A stretch of DNA of 64,000 bases from an uncultured Methanosarcinales archaeon (GTDB lineage Archaea > Nanobdellota > Nanobdellia > Woesearchaeales > SKGA01): NCBI GenBank assembly GCA_964430665.1, contig CAYSFC010000001.1:361-64360 (forward strand), read 5' to 3'. Below are positions 47,422-56,663 of the stretch, one piece after another. Both the position numbers and the translations under genes were made by a program. Each line of letters starts with the position of its first letter. Positions within the stretch are counted from its first letter, which is position 1. The notes under the pieces are model-generated. The model worked only from the letters and a program-made list of their open reading frames with translations, searched no databases and was not told the origin of the DNA.

Positions 47422-47586
47422 ATTGTGTGTTCAAATACCTAAAAATGTGGCTCTACTGGGATTCACCTGAGCAAAGCGAACGGTGTGCAGGAATAGAATG
47501 ACTAGCACAACTGAGCAAAGCGAACGGTGGACAAGAACTATAGTGATTGTGTGTTCAAATCCCTAAAATATGGCTCTACTGGGATT
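47422..47586. repeat. ~41-bp direct repeat (ATTGTGTGTTCAAAT[A/C]CCTAAAA(T)ATG[T]GGCTCTACTGGGATT) at 47422-47463 and 47546-47586 = duplicated tRNA-Arg 3' end plus flank, enclosing a decayed pseudo-tRNA with an internal 19-bp repeat (47467-47485, 47511-47529)
   Basis: seen directly. Confidence 0.6.
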
Positions 47587-47644
47587 TGAACCCAGGTTAC
47601 AAGCTCCGCAAGCTCGCGTCATGTCCAGACTAAACTATAGAGCC
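47571..47644 (-). tRNA. tRNA-Arg (anticodon GCG)
   Basis: acceptor GGCUCUA/UAGAGCC, T-arm CTGGG-TTCAAAT-CCCAG, anticodon stem CGAGC/GCTTG, loop TT-GCG-GA. Confidence 0.6.
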
Positions 47645-47695
47645 ATAAAAAATAGAAAAAGAATTAAATTTATATTTTTTTAGAAAAAAGAAAAA

Positions 47696-48097
47696 CTAGA
47701 TATCTGTATTGATATCTCCAGTACCTCGGTAAATTTCTGCAAATCCTGGAGTTACAACAATGTAATCTTCTCCAAATCCAGCAATATCTCCACCTATAGC
47801 TTCACAAGTTTTTTTGAGTTTATTTATAGTTCTCTTAAGCTCAATTAAATCTTTTTCTTTAATTGGTCTTATATTAACTAGGGCTATAGTGTATGATTCT
47901 CTAATAATGTCCAAAATTTGTTTAACATCAGAGAAGTCCTCTATAACAAATTGTCTAACAACTACTTTTTGATCTAAATCAGAATCTACACGAGTATCTA
48001 GTTCAACATATTCGTCAACAGACTCAATCATATCATCTTCATCAAATGCTTTCTTTTTACGTGAAAAAAATCTTTTCATAACCACAACACCTCGCAC
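47696..48097 (-). CDS. sepF: cell division protein SepF (FtsZ-interacting, DUF552)
   Basis: C-terminal SepF core VVVRQFVIEDFSDVKQILDIIRE...IALVNI...AIGGDIAGFGEDYIVVTP; true start may be the internal Met (MKRFF, 48079). Confidence 0.6.
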   Translation of the reverse strand: MRGVVVMKRFFSRKKKAFDEDDMIESVDEYVELDTRVDSDLDQKVVVRQFVIEDFSDVKQILDIIRESYTIALVNIRPIKEKDLIELKRTINKLKKTCEAIGGDIAGFGEDYIVVTPGFAEIYRGTGDINTDI

Positions 48098-48216
48098 CTT
48101 GTAGGAATTTTAATAATTAAATGATATATACCTTGTTTATAAAACTTTCGTTAGATTATTGTTTAAATAGAAATTATTCCAATAGGCTTTTAAATAAAAA
48201 GAATCAATATATTTGC

Positions 48217-49719
48217 ATGAAAAGAGAAAAAGTTCTAATTGTTATTCGTGATGGATGGGGATATAGACGGAATCATATTCTTAATTCTATTTTTAAAGGT
48301 AAAACTGAGTATACTGATGAGCTTATGAAAAAATATCCTAACACTTTAATTCAGGCAAGTCAAGAGTGGGTAGGATTACCTAAAGGATATCAAGGAAACT
48401 CTGAAGTTGGACATATGACTATTGGTGCGGGAAGAGTATTAGATCAATCTTTAAGTAGGATAGATAAATCGATAAAAGATAAATCATTCTTTGAAAATAA
48501 ATCTTTTTTAAAAGCGATAAATAATTGTAAAAAATACAATTCATCTTTACATTTAATAGGACTATTGCAAAAAGAAGGAGTGCATTCTCATCAAAAACAT
48601 CTTTACGCATTGTTAGATTTGTGTAAAAAAGAAAATTTTCACGATGTTAAAATCCACATATTTACTGATGGAAGAGATTCTCCTTCCCATGCTGCCAAAA
48701 ATAAAATTAAAAAACTTTTAAGAAAAATGAGATTTGGAGAAATAGTTACAATAAGTGGAAGATATTTTGGTATGGATAGGGATAATAGATGGGATAGAAC
48801 AAAACTAGCTTATGATTTAATTATGGATGGAAAAGCCAAAACTGAATTTGAGAAACCTTTAAAATGTGTTGTTGAAGCGTATAAAAATGGTGAAACAGAT
48901 GAGTTCTTAAAACCCAAAGTTAAGAAAAATTATAAAGGTGTAAACGAGAATGATTCAATTATTTTTTTTAATTTTAGAACGGATAGACCAAGGCAACTTA
49001 CACAAGCAATAACTGAAAAGAAATTCAAAGAGTTTGAACGTAAATTTAAAAAAGTTTTTTTTGTTGGAATGGTAGATTACTATAAGGGGATTAAGGCAGA
49101 AGTTGCGTTTCCTGAACCTGAAATTAGAAACCATTTGGGCGAAGTTATTTCAAAAAATAAATTAAAACAACTTAGAATTTCTGAAACAGAAAAATATGCA
49201 CACGTAACTTATTTTTTTAATGGGCAAGATGAAAAAATTGAGAAGGGGGAAGACCGAATTTTAATTAAATCTCCAGATGTTGCAACTTATGATCTAAAAC
49301 CTGAAATGAGTGTTCATGAAATAAAAAATAAATTGGTTAAAGAAATTGCTAAAGATAAGTATGAATTAATTGTTGTGAATTTAGTTAATGGAGATATGGT
49401 AGGACATACGGGCATAATTCCAGCCATACGTAAAGCAGTTCATGAAGTTGATATGGCTTTAAAAGATATTATAAAATTGGGTTTGGAAAAAAATTACCAT
49501 ATTTTAGTTTTTGCAGATCACGGTAATGCTGAAGATCAAAGACCAAAATGGAGAACTTCTCATACAATAAATAAAGTTCCATTCATATATGTTTCTAATA
49601 CAAGTAAAAAAATAAAATTGAGAAAAGATGCATCTCTTAAAGATGTTGCTCCAACAGCTTTAAAATTATTAAAAATAAAAAAACCTAAAGAAATGAAAGG
49701 TAAATCAATTATAATGTGA
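48217..49719 (+). CDS. gpmI: 2,3-bisphosphoglycerate-independent phosphoglycerate mutase, bacterial-type (GpmI)
   Basis: alkaline-phosphatase-superfamily iPGM motifs; start set at MKREKVLIVIRDGWG (ORF-track start 48121 probably too far upstream). Confidence 0.8.
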   Translation: MKREKVLIVIRDGWGYRRNHILNSIFKGKTEYTDELMKKYPNTLIQASQEWVGLPKGYQGNSEVGHMTIGAGRVLDQSLSRIDKSIKDKSFFENKSFLKAINNCKKYNSSLHLIGLLQKEGVHSHQKHLYALLDLCKKENFHDVKIHIFTDGRDSPSHAAKNKIKKLLRKMRFGEIVTISGRYFGMDRDNRWDRTKLAYDLIMDGKAKTEFEKPLKCVVEAYKNGETDEFLKPKVKKNYKGVNENDSIIFFNFRTDRPRQLTQAITEKKFKEFERKFKKVFFVGMVDYYKGIKAEVAFPEPEIRNHLGEVISKNKLKQLRISETEKYAHVTYFFNGQDEKIEKGEDRILIKSPDVATYDLKPEMSVHEIKNKLVKEIAKDKYELIVVNLVNGDMVGHTGIIPAIRKAVHEVDMALKDIIKLGLEKNYHILVFADHGNAEDQRPKWRTSHTINKVPFIYVSNTSKKIKLRKDASLKDVAPTALKLLKIKKPKEMKGKSIIM

Positions 49720-50357
49720 TTGAAATGGTAGAAAGAGAAAAAGTTGTTTTTAAGCCAAATAGTATTTTTGAATATAACAATTTGAGAAAAGAATTGTTGG
49801 GAATTATTGAAATAATTATATATGTTTTTTTAGGTTTATTTTTGCTTTCATACTTTGTATTTTTTAAAGAATCGAATTTATTCATATTTCAGTGGATACG
49901 AGGAATACTTACATTTATTCAAACCATAACAATTCAAAATTCAGTTACTATTTTGGAAACATTTTACACAGCTCTATTAGGAGGTCTATTTTTTATTTTT
50001 CTTCCAAACGAATTACTTTTTATAAAATTTTTAAAGAATCACAATCCTTTAATTTTATTGATTTTTTTCATGGTTGGATTGAGTTTATCTTATTGGGCAG
50101 ATTATTTTATAGGTTTAAAATTCGCAAAATTAGTTAAACATATTATTGGAGCAAAAAACTTTCATAAAACTAAAGGAATAATTAATAAATATGGTAAAAC
50201 AGGAATATTTTTATTTAATTTGTTGCCTTTTCCTTCACAGCAATTAACAGCCATATTAGGGACGTTTAAATACAATAAAGCTAGGTTCTATTCGTTATTT
50301 TTAGCAGGTCAACTAACCAAATATGTGGTTATTATATTTGCAATTAGTTTGTTTTAG
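49716..50357 (+). CDS. DedA/VTT-family membrane protein (tentative)
   Basis: multi-TM; LLPFPSQ...AGQLTKY resembles VTT-domain motif. Confidence 0.4.
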   Translation: MIEMVEREKVVFKPNSIFEYNNLRKELLGIIEIIIYVFLGLFLLSYFVFFKESNLFIFQWIRGILTFIQTITIQNSVTILETFYTALLGGLFFIFLPNELLFIKFLKNHNPLILLIFFMVGLSLSYWADYFIGLKFAKLVKHIIGAKNFHKTKGIINKYGKTGIFLFNLLPFPSQQLTAILGTFKYNKARFYSLFLAGQLTKYVVIIFAISLF

Positions 50358-50397
50358 ATAAATACATTTAAAAAAGAAAGAGGATATACAATATAAA

Positions 50398-50865
50398 ATG
50401 AAAAAAAAGAAAATAAAACTCGATAAAATAGTCTTGTTTAAATCTTTAAATTTGGAAAGATCCAAACGACTTAAAAATTATAAAGGAAAAAAAGTTTTGG
50501 GTGCTAAGGGAGAAAAACTTGGCATTGTGTGGGATATTGTTATAGATGATAATCATAAAATAATTGCTTTAGTTGTAATGAAGTGGTTTAAAAAATATTA
50601 TTTTGATATAAATTATATTGAATCAATGACTAATAAAAATATTATGCTTTCAATAACTCCTGTAACTACTTTGATTGGTAAACAAGTTTTTGATGTTGAT
50701 GGAAGATTGTTAGGACGAGTTGTTAAAATAAACAAACCTGATTTCAAAAATAATTTTACAGAGATAATTGTTAAGAAGAATTTCATTTGGGGTAAAAAAA
50801 TAATCTCAAAAAAAGAAATAAGTACTAACAAAAAGAATATAATTTTAAGTACAACTTATGCTTGA
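50398..50865 (+). CDS. PRC-barrel domain protein (two PRC-like repeats)
   Basis: VLGAKGEKLGIVWDIVIDD and LIGKQVFDVDGRLLGRVVKI PRC-type motifs. Confidence 0.5.
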   Translation: MKKKKIKLDKIVLFKSLNLERSKRLKNYKGKKVLGAKGEKLGIVWDIVIDDNHKIIALVVMKWFKKYYFDINYIESMTNKNIMLSITPVTTLIGKQVFDVDGRLLGRVVKINKPDFKNNFTEIIVKKNFIWGKKIISKKEISTNKKNIILSTTYA

Positions 50866-51302
50866 AAATGGAAACGATAACTTCAGACGATATACTTGGA
50901 AAAATGGCACTAGATCCTAGTGGGGATATAGTTGGCATAATAACAGAGATCCATATAGATAAAAATAGTAAATTAATAACAGGTATAAGTGTTGATCAAG
51001 GTTTTATGAAACCTAGTTTGTTTATTGGATTAAATCACATACAAAAATTTGGTGTTGATGCTATATTTTTGAAAAAAATTCCTTTTGAGAAAATAAAAGG
51101 ATTGAATATATTAAATTATAAAGGAGATTTCTTAGGTTTTGTAGATGATGTTATAATTAAAAGACACAAAATAAAAGAAATAGTTGCTAAAAAAAGTAAA
51201 ATGTCTCAGGAATTTGTAATAATACCTTCTGCACATATTAAAGAAGTAGATAATGAAATCATTTTAAAGAAAGGATTTGGAAAGAAATTATGGAAAAAAT
51301 AA
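50862..51302 (+). CDS. PRC-barrel domain protein (paralog)
   Basis: ILGKMALDPSGDIVGIITEIHID and YKGDFLGFVDDVII motifs; 4-nt overlap with upstream paralog. Confidence 0.5.
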   Translation: MKMETITSDDILGKMALDPSGDIVGIITEIHIDKNSKLITGISVDQGFMKPSLFIGLNHIQKFGVDAIFLKKIPFEKIKGLNILNYKGDFLGFVDDVIIKRHKIKEIVAKKSKMSQEFVIIPSAHIKEVDNEIILKKGFGKKLWKK

Positions 51303-52360
51303 ATATTGATTTGTTAAAGAAATTAGAAATCGAAAAAATAAATCCTAAAGGAAATATTTCTGTTGAAGAGTTTGAAAAGATTCGACATAATTGCATTGTT
51401 TTTGATGTGCGATCTCCAAAAGAGTTTGAAGAATTTCATATTGTTAATAGTATAAACTTACCTTTATTGGAAAATGAAGCAAGAGCAATAGTAGGAACAA
51501 TTTACCGTCAGGCAGGACAGCAAGAGGCAGTGAACAGAGGTTGGAACTTATTTGAAAATAATTTTGAAATAATGGTTTCAAAAGCTAAAAAACATATTGT
51601 TAAAGATAAAAAAGTTGTTGTTTATTGTGCTCGAGGCGGAATGAGAAGTGGTATTGTTTCAAATTTATTAGAATTACTAGGTTATAAAATTTTTAAATTA
51701 GAAGGTGGAATAAAAGAATATCGTAATCAACTATATTTGTGGTTGGACAAATTATTGGAAAATTGGAAAGGTAAATTTATAGTGCTCGAAGGAATGACTG
51801 GTACTAGAAAAACAGAATTAATTCATACTTTAGATGTTCCTAAATTAGATTTAGAAGGTTTAGCTCAACATAGGGCTTCAACTTATGGTGGAGTGGGATT
51901 AGAGGAAAGAAGTCAAAAAATGTTTCTATTTCTTCTTTATGAAGAGTTACTTAAATTAAAAAATTGCACTAAAATAGTTGTTGAAGGAGAATCTAAAAAA
52001 ATTGGAAAAATTCATTTACCTGAAAAATTATTTGATTTAAAATTAAAAGGGGATTTCGTTCATGTAATTGCTTCTGATGAAGTTAGAATTAAACATATTA
52101 TCGACGAATATTGTTCAAGCCAAGATAAGATTAATGAATTAATTCAATTAACTCCACGATTAACAAATATGATTGGGAAGAAAAAAGTAAGTGAAATTAT
52201 TAAATGGTTCAAAGAAAAGAATTATTATGATGCCGTTAGATTTCTATTATTAGAATATTATGATAAAGTGTATAAAAATTTTGCAAAAAATTATGTTCTA
52301 GAGATTTGTACTGATAATTTGATTAAAGCTAAAAAAGAATTGGAAAAATTCATTGATTAA
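51290..52360 (+). CDS. tRNA 2-selenouridine / geranyl-thiouridine synthase SelU (MnmH)-like: rhodanese + P-loop
   Basis: rhodanese active loop VVVYCARGGMRSG followed by P-loop GMTGTRKT. Confidence 0.6.
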   Translation: MEKINIDLLKKLEIEKINPKGNISVEEFEKIRHNCIVFDVRSPKEFEEFHIVNSINLPLLENEARAIVGTIYRQAGQQEAVNRGWNLFENNFEIMVSKAKKHIVKDKKVVVYCARGGMRSGIVSNLLELLGYKIFKLEGGIKEYRNQLYLWLDKLLENWKGKFIVLEGMTGTRKTELIHTLDVPKLDLEGLAQHRASTYGGVGLEERSQKMFLFLLYEELLKLKNCTKIVVEGESKKIGKIHLPEKLFDLKLKGDFVHVIASDEVRIKHIIDEYCSSQDKINELIQLTPRLTNMIGKKKVSEIIKWFKEKNYYDAVRFLLLEYYDKVYKNFAKNYVLEICTDNLIKAKKELEKFID

Positions 52361-52907
52361 AATAACCATTTTTTTCCAAATAGTCTAAAATTTTCAAAAA
52401 TTGTTTTTTGAGTATTGGAAACTCTTCAAAATATTTAAGTTTTTTTTCAATCAAAAATTCTTTGGTGTATCCTTTCCAATCTTCTTTATAATTTATTTCA
52501 TGTATTGTAGGGTCTAGTACTTCGATAGCTCTTGCAAATTTAGCTTCTAAAGTTATACATTCTTCAAATTCTTTAAAGACATTACTTAATTTTGATGCCA
52601 AAGGTTCTGGAAGTTTCTTGCCTAAATTTATTGCAGCTAAAGATTCTTTTTGTTTTTGATTTTCTATTTTTATTTCTGGATGTAAAGGAAAATCTCCAGT
52701 TTCTATTTCAACAATATCGTGATACATTATTAATTCGTACACTTTCAATTTGTCTAATTTTTGATCTATTTTATCGAAGAAAAAATCAGCCAACATCAAA
52801 GAACTCCAAGTGTGTTCTGCAGAACTTTCTTTTCTACTTTCAACAGAGTTTAGTCTGTAAACAGATTTTAATTTATTTAATATTGTAAATTTTAATATAT
52901 CTTCCAT
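52350..52907 (-). CDS. HD-domain phosphohydrolase (YfbR-like 5'-deoxynucleotidase family)
   Basis: SAEHTWS...YHDIVEIETGD H...HD...D metal motif. Confidence 0.7.
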   Translation of the reverse strand: MEDILKFTILNKLKSVYRLNSVESRKESSAEHTWSSLMLADFFFDKIDQKLDKLKVYELIMYHDIVEIETGDFPLHPEIKIENQKQKESLAAINLGKKLPEPLASKLSNVFKEFEECITLEAKFARAIEVLDPTIHEINYKEDWKGYTKEFLIEKKLKYFEEFPILKKQFLKILDYLEKNGYFNQ

Positions 52908-52980
52908 AATTAAACAATATTTAGAAAATATATAAATTTAACTATACATAATTTAGGTATGTTTTGATTTTAAAAACATC

Positions 52981-53871
52981 TTACTTATATTCTCTCAAAT
53001 AAGAATCTACAATATATCTAACAAAAATTTCTTCTTCTCCAGTTTCATCAAATTCATCTAAAGCTTTGTAATAAGAATATCTATCTTTGTATTCAACAGT
53101 CATCATAGGATATCCATTTCTGTGCAAAATGAAATTTAATAACAATCTTCCAATTCTTCCATTTCCATCTAAGAAAGGGTGTAATTTTACAAATTTTAAA
53201 TGAACAAGTGCTGCAAGCTCAACAGGATGTAGTTTCAGATTGCCTGAACGGCGACCACTATTTTTCTTGTACCAATTAATAAATTGGTTAAATAAAGGTA
53301 TTAAATCCATAAAATGTGGCGCTTTAAATTGTGCAACTCGGACATTTCTATCTCTAAACTTTCCAGCTAATTCCTTTTTAGAAAAATTAAATAAATCATG
53401 ATGCCATTTTAAAATTAGTTTCAAAGAAAGATCTTCTTTACAATTAACCATCTCCATGAAAACTCTTTTATGTGCAACAGATTCAACTTGATCTTTAAAT
53501 GGTTTTTTGACGGAATTTCCGTTTTTTAAAAGTTCTACAGTTTCATGTTTTGTTAGAGAATTATCTTCTATTGCATTTGTTGAATAAGTAAAATTTACAC
53601 AGAAATCCATTAATTGTTCATCGGTCAAAGTTTCGTCTTTAGTTTTTTTAATTTTTTCAAGTTTGTCGTATTCTTCTTGTGTTAAAACTAACCATTTTTT
53701 TGAATTTAGCCCCACAATAAATTCTTTTTTTAATTTTTCCAATTCTTCTTCAGAAGGTTTTTTTCTTCCAATAGATTTTTCAATTTTTTTTACTTTGCCG
53801 TCTATACGTACAGATTGAACTAAATAATAATATTCATTTCCTTTGATATTTTTTGTACGTAAATATACCAT
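52981..53871 (-). CDS. Fic/Doc (Fido) family protein, putative AMPylator
   Basis: complete Fic motif HPFLDGNGRIGR. Confidence 0.8.
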   Translation of the reverse strand: MVYLRTKNIKGNEYYYLVQSVRIDGKVKKIEKSIGRKKPSEEELEKLKKEFIVGLNSKKWLVLTQEEYDKLEKIKKTKDETLTDEQLMDFCVNFTYSTNAIEDNSLTKHETVELLKNGNSVKKPFKDQVESVAHKRVFMEMVNCKEDLSLKLILKWHHDLFNFSKKELAGKFRDRNVRVAQFKAPHFMDLIPLFNQFINWYKKNSGRRSGNLKLHPVELAALVHLKFVKLHPFLDGNGRIGRLLLNFILHRNGYPMMTVEYKDRYSYYKALDEFDETGEEEIFVRYIVDSYLREYK

Positions 53872-53974
53872 TTTATCACTCAGTATACATTTTTACCCCC
53901 TCAGTATTTATAAACCTTTTGTTTTGTGGGGCTAATTAATAACAATTATAAATAGAAAGAAATACCTTAATTTC

Positions 53975-54601
53975 ATGAAACATAATTATCCTATTCTTGT
54001 TATAGAAACCAAGAAACTATTCCAAAACAATTCTTTTGAAGGATTTAAACACGCTGATGAAATTAACTTTGAAAAAAGAATATTAAATAATTCTTTATGG
54101 AAATTAAGATATTTAATGGAAGAAAATCCTGAATATCAACAACCGATATGTTATTCTATTATTATTAATCCAAAAACAAAAAAAGTTTTTGCTTATCAAA
54201 GAGCAAACAGAAATTCAGAAACATCTGAAGCAAGATTAAATAATAGATGGACCTGGGGTGTAGGAGGACATGTTGAAAAAATAGATGAAAATAGTGATAA
54301 TCCATTACACACAAGCATGTTAAGAGAACTTCATGAAGAAGTAGATGTACAAGGAGATATTAATCCTAAAGTTATTGGTTACATTAATGACAACTCCACA
54401 GAAATTAGTAAAGTTCATTTCGGTTTAATATATGTTGTTGAAACTGATGCAGAAGTTGTTCTACCTAAAGCTAGTGAAATAGCACAAGGTTCATTTCATA
54501 CTGTTGAAGAAATAGAGCAGATGTTAGAATCAGATGAGCATCAAATAGAAGAATGGTCCAAAATTTCTTTTGAACCAATTAAAAATTATTTAAAAAAATA
54601 A
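53975..54601 (+). CDS. NUDIX hydrolase
   Basis: Nudix box GGHVEKIDENSDNPLHTSMLRELHEEVDV. Confidence 0.8.
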   Translation: MKHNYPILVIETKKLFQNNSFEGFKHADEINFEKRILNNSLWKLRYLMEENPEYQQPICYSIIINPKTKKVFAYQRANRNSETSEARLNNRWTWGVGGHVEKIDENSDNPLHTSMLRELHEEVDVQGDINPKVIGYINDNSTEISKVHFGLIYVVETDAEVVLPKASEIAQGSFHTVEEIEQMLESDEHQIEEWSKISFEPIKNYLKK

Positions 54602-54602
54602 A

Positions 54603-55367
54603 TTATTTTTTCTTTGGTGTTTTTTTTACTAAATAATCTCCAACACTTTCAAAAGCTCTCAGAACCTCTATAGGTATTGCAAATACAACTGTATTTGATT
54701 GATCACTAGATAGATCATTTAGAGCGTGTAAAGTTCTTAAATGTAAAGCACCTTGTGTTGTAGCTAAGGTTTTTGCACCTTCTGCAATATTTTTAGCTGC
54801 AATTTTCTCTCCTTCTGCTTTAATTATTACTGCTCTTTTTTCTCTTTCCGCTTCTGCTTGCTTTGACATTGTTCTTTTAAGATCACCAGGCAAAATTACA
54901 TCTTTTAGTTCAACTGCATCAACTTTTATTCCCCAAGGATCTGTTGCTTTATCTATTATTTCTCTAATTTTTACACTTACATCATCTCTGTTAGATAATA
55001 ATTCGTCAAGTTCAACCTCGCCCACAATATTTCTCATTGTTGTTTGAGCTAATTGACTTGTCGCATACATATAATTCTCAACCTCAATTATTGCCTTTTT
55101 AGAATCTGAAATCTTGAAATAAATAACTGCATTAACATTAACTGAAATGTTGTCTTTAGTCATACAATCTTGATCAGGAACGTCTAAAGCTTTTGTTCTT
55201 ATATCTACACGTTGATAAGTTTGTATTACTGGTAAAACTAATCTTAAACCAGGTTTCATTACGCTTGTGAATTTACCTAAAGTAAATCTAACACCTCTTT
55301 CATATTCTTGTATTACTTTAAAAGAAATAATAACAAGAAATACACATATATAGATTAACCACATCAT
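54603..55367 (-). CDS. SPFH/band-7 (stomatin/prohibitin-like) membrane protein
   Basis: N-terminal TM then SPFH domain, coiled-coil AEAEREKRA region. Confidence 0.8.
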   Translation of the reverse strand: MMWLIYICVFLVIISFKVIQEYERGVRFTLGKFTSVMKPGLRLVLPVIQTYQRVDIRTKALDVPDQDCMTKDNISVNVNAVIYFKISDSKKAIIEVENYMYATSQLAQTTMRNIVGEVELDELLSNRDDVSVKIREIIDKATDPWGIKVDAVELKDVILPGDLKRTMSKQAEAEREKRAVIIKAEGEKIAAKNIAEGAKTLATTQGALHLRTLHALNDLSSDQSNTVVFAIPIEVLRAFESVGDYLVKKTPKKK

Positions 55368-55468
55368 TTTAATACCTCTTCTTGGTTTTTATTGTTTTCA
55401 TTTATATAGTTAACTCTTGTTAAAGCCAAAATTTATAAATATTTAAGCAACTATATAATGGGGGAAGA

Positions 55469-55852
55469 ATGGTGGAATCCACTATACTAACTAAAAGCGA
55501 GCTTAAAAAACAAGAGTATTACGCTGTTTCTGATAAGATACGAGAGTGTTATTCAATTACTGTTTCTGTAGCAGAGGAGTATATTAGAAGACAAAAAAAA
55601 GATAGGGGATATAAATTCACAGAAGGGAAATATATATGTGAAGAAGATTATCAAAAATTACAAGAAGAGTTTTCTGAAAATATTGAAAAAATTATTGAAA
55701 CAACAGATTTTCCTTCATTGAAAACAGATCTAGGAACAATTAGAAATTACTCAAATAAAGCTAATTGGAGTTATAATTCGACACATCATAAACTTAGAGA
55801 ATTTGTAAAGAATTTAATAAAAGATTATGTTGGTTTCGTAAGTATAAAGTAA
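55469..55852 (+). CDS. hypothetical protein
   Basis: ORF only. Confidence 0.3.
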   Translation: MVESTILTKSELKKQEYYAVSDKIRECYSITVSVAEEYIRRQKKDRGYKFTEGKYICEEDYQKLQEEFSENIEKIIETTDFPSLKTDLGTIRNYSNKANWSYNSTHHKLREFVKNLIKDYVGFVSIK

Positions 55853-55883
55853 TATTTAAATAAGACCTAATATATTTTTTAGT

Positions 55884-56627
55884 ATGGGAAATTTTAAATC
55901 TCCAAGAACAGCAACATATCCATTATTAGGTATAACTATAGGAATATTTATTTTACAAAGTATTTCAAAACTAATGTATGGAGATTTGTTTACAAATACA
56001 TTTATGTTGGTGCCTGGAGATATTTTAGTTAGACCTTGGATTTTAATAACATCTATGTTTTTACATGCAGGTTTTGCTCATTTATTTTTCAATATGTATG
56101 TTTTACTTATTTTTGGTCCAGTTCTTGAGAGTAGAATAGGTAAAAAAAGATTTTTTTGGTTATACATAGGATCAGGTATTATTTCTGCTTTAGGATATTC
56201 TTTAATTTCAACCACACCTGCTTTAGGAGCAAGTGGAGCTATTATGGGAATGTTGGGTGCAACTATAATGTTACTGCCTAATTTACAAGTTTTATTTTTC
56301 TTCATTATACCTATGTCTTTAAGGACTGCAGGAATAATTTTTGCAATAATAGATTTATTAGGAGTGTTTAATCCAAGTAGCGGAATTGCACATACTGCAC
56401 ACTTATTTGGATTAGCCGCAGGTCTTATTTTTGGTTGGTATTTAATTAAGAAGAAGAAGAAATTTCAAACTTCGTTTAATACATTAAAAAAATACTCTGA
56501 ACCAATTCAAAAGAACAAAGGTAAAAACAAAAAACATATAATTAAAGATGCTCAATATAGTTATTCTGATTCAATTAAATTAACGGAAGAAGACATAAAT
56601 GAATATATTCGAAATGGACGTTTATAA
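55884..56627 (+). CDS. rhomboid-family intramembrane serine protease
   Basis: catalytic GASGAIMG (GxSG), conserved H in TM6 (AHTAHLFG), HxxxN in TM2. Confidence 0.75.
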   Translation: MGNFKSPRTATYPLLGITIGIFILQSISKLMYGDLFTNTFMLVPGDILVRPWILITSMFLHAGFAHLFFNMYVLLIFGPVLESRIGKKRFFWLYIGSGIISALGYSLISTTPALGASGAIMGMLGATIMLLPNLQVLFFFIIPMSLRTAGIIFAIIDLLGVFNPSSGIAHTAHLFGLAAGLIFGWYLIKKKKKFQTSFNTLKKYSEPIQKNKGKNKKHIIKDAQYSYSDSIKLTEEDINEYIRNGRL

Positions 56628-56663
56628 ACATAAGTTATAAAAAGCCTTTCTTATTCCATTTCT

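Noticed and set aside
48121-48216. Annotated long start of the iPGM ORF (MIYTLFIKLSLDYCLNRNYSN...)
   Set aside because: The N-terminal 32 codons are low-complexity and precede the conserved iPGM N-terminus MKREKVLIVIRDGWG. The internal Met at 48217 was chosen as the start.
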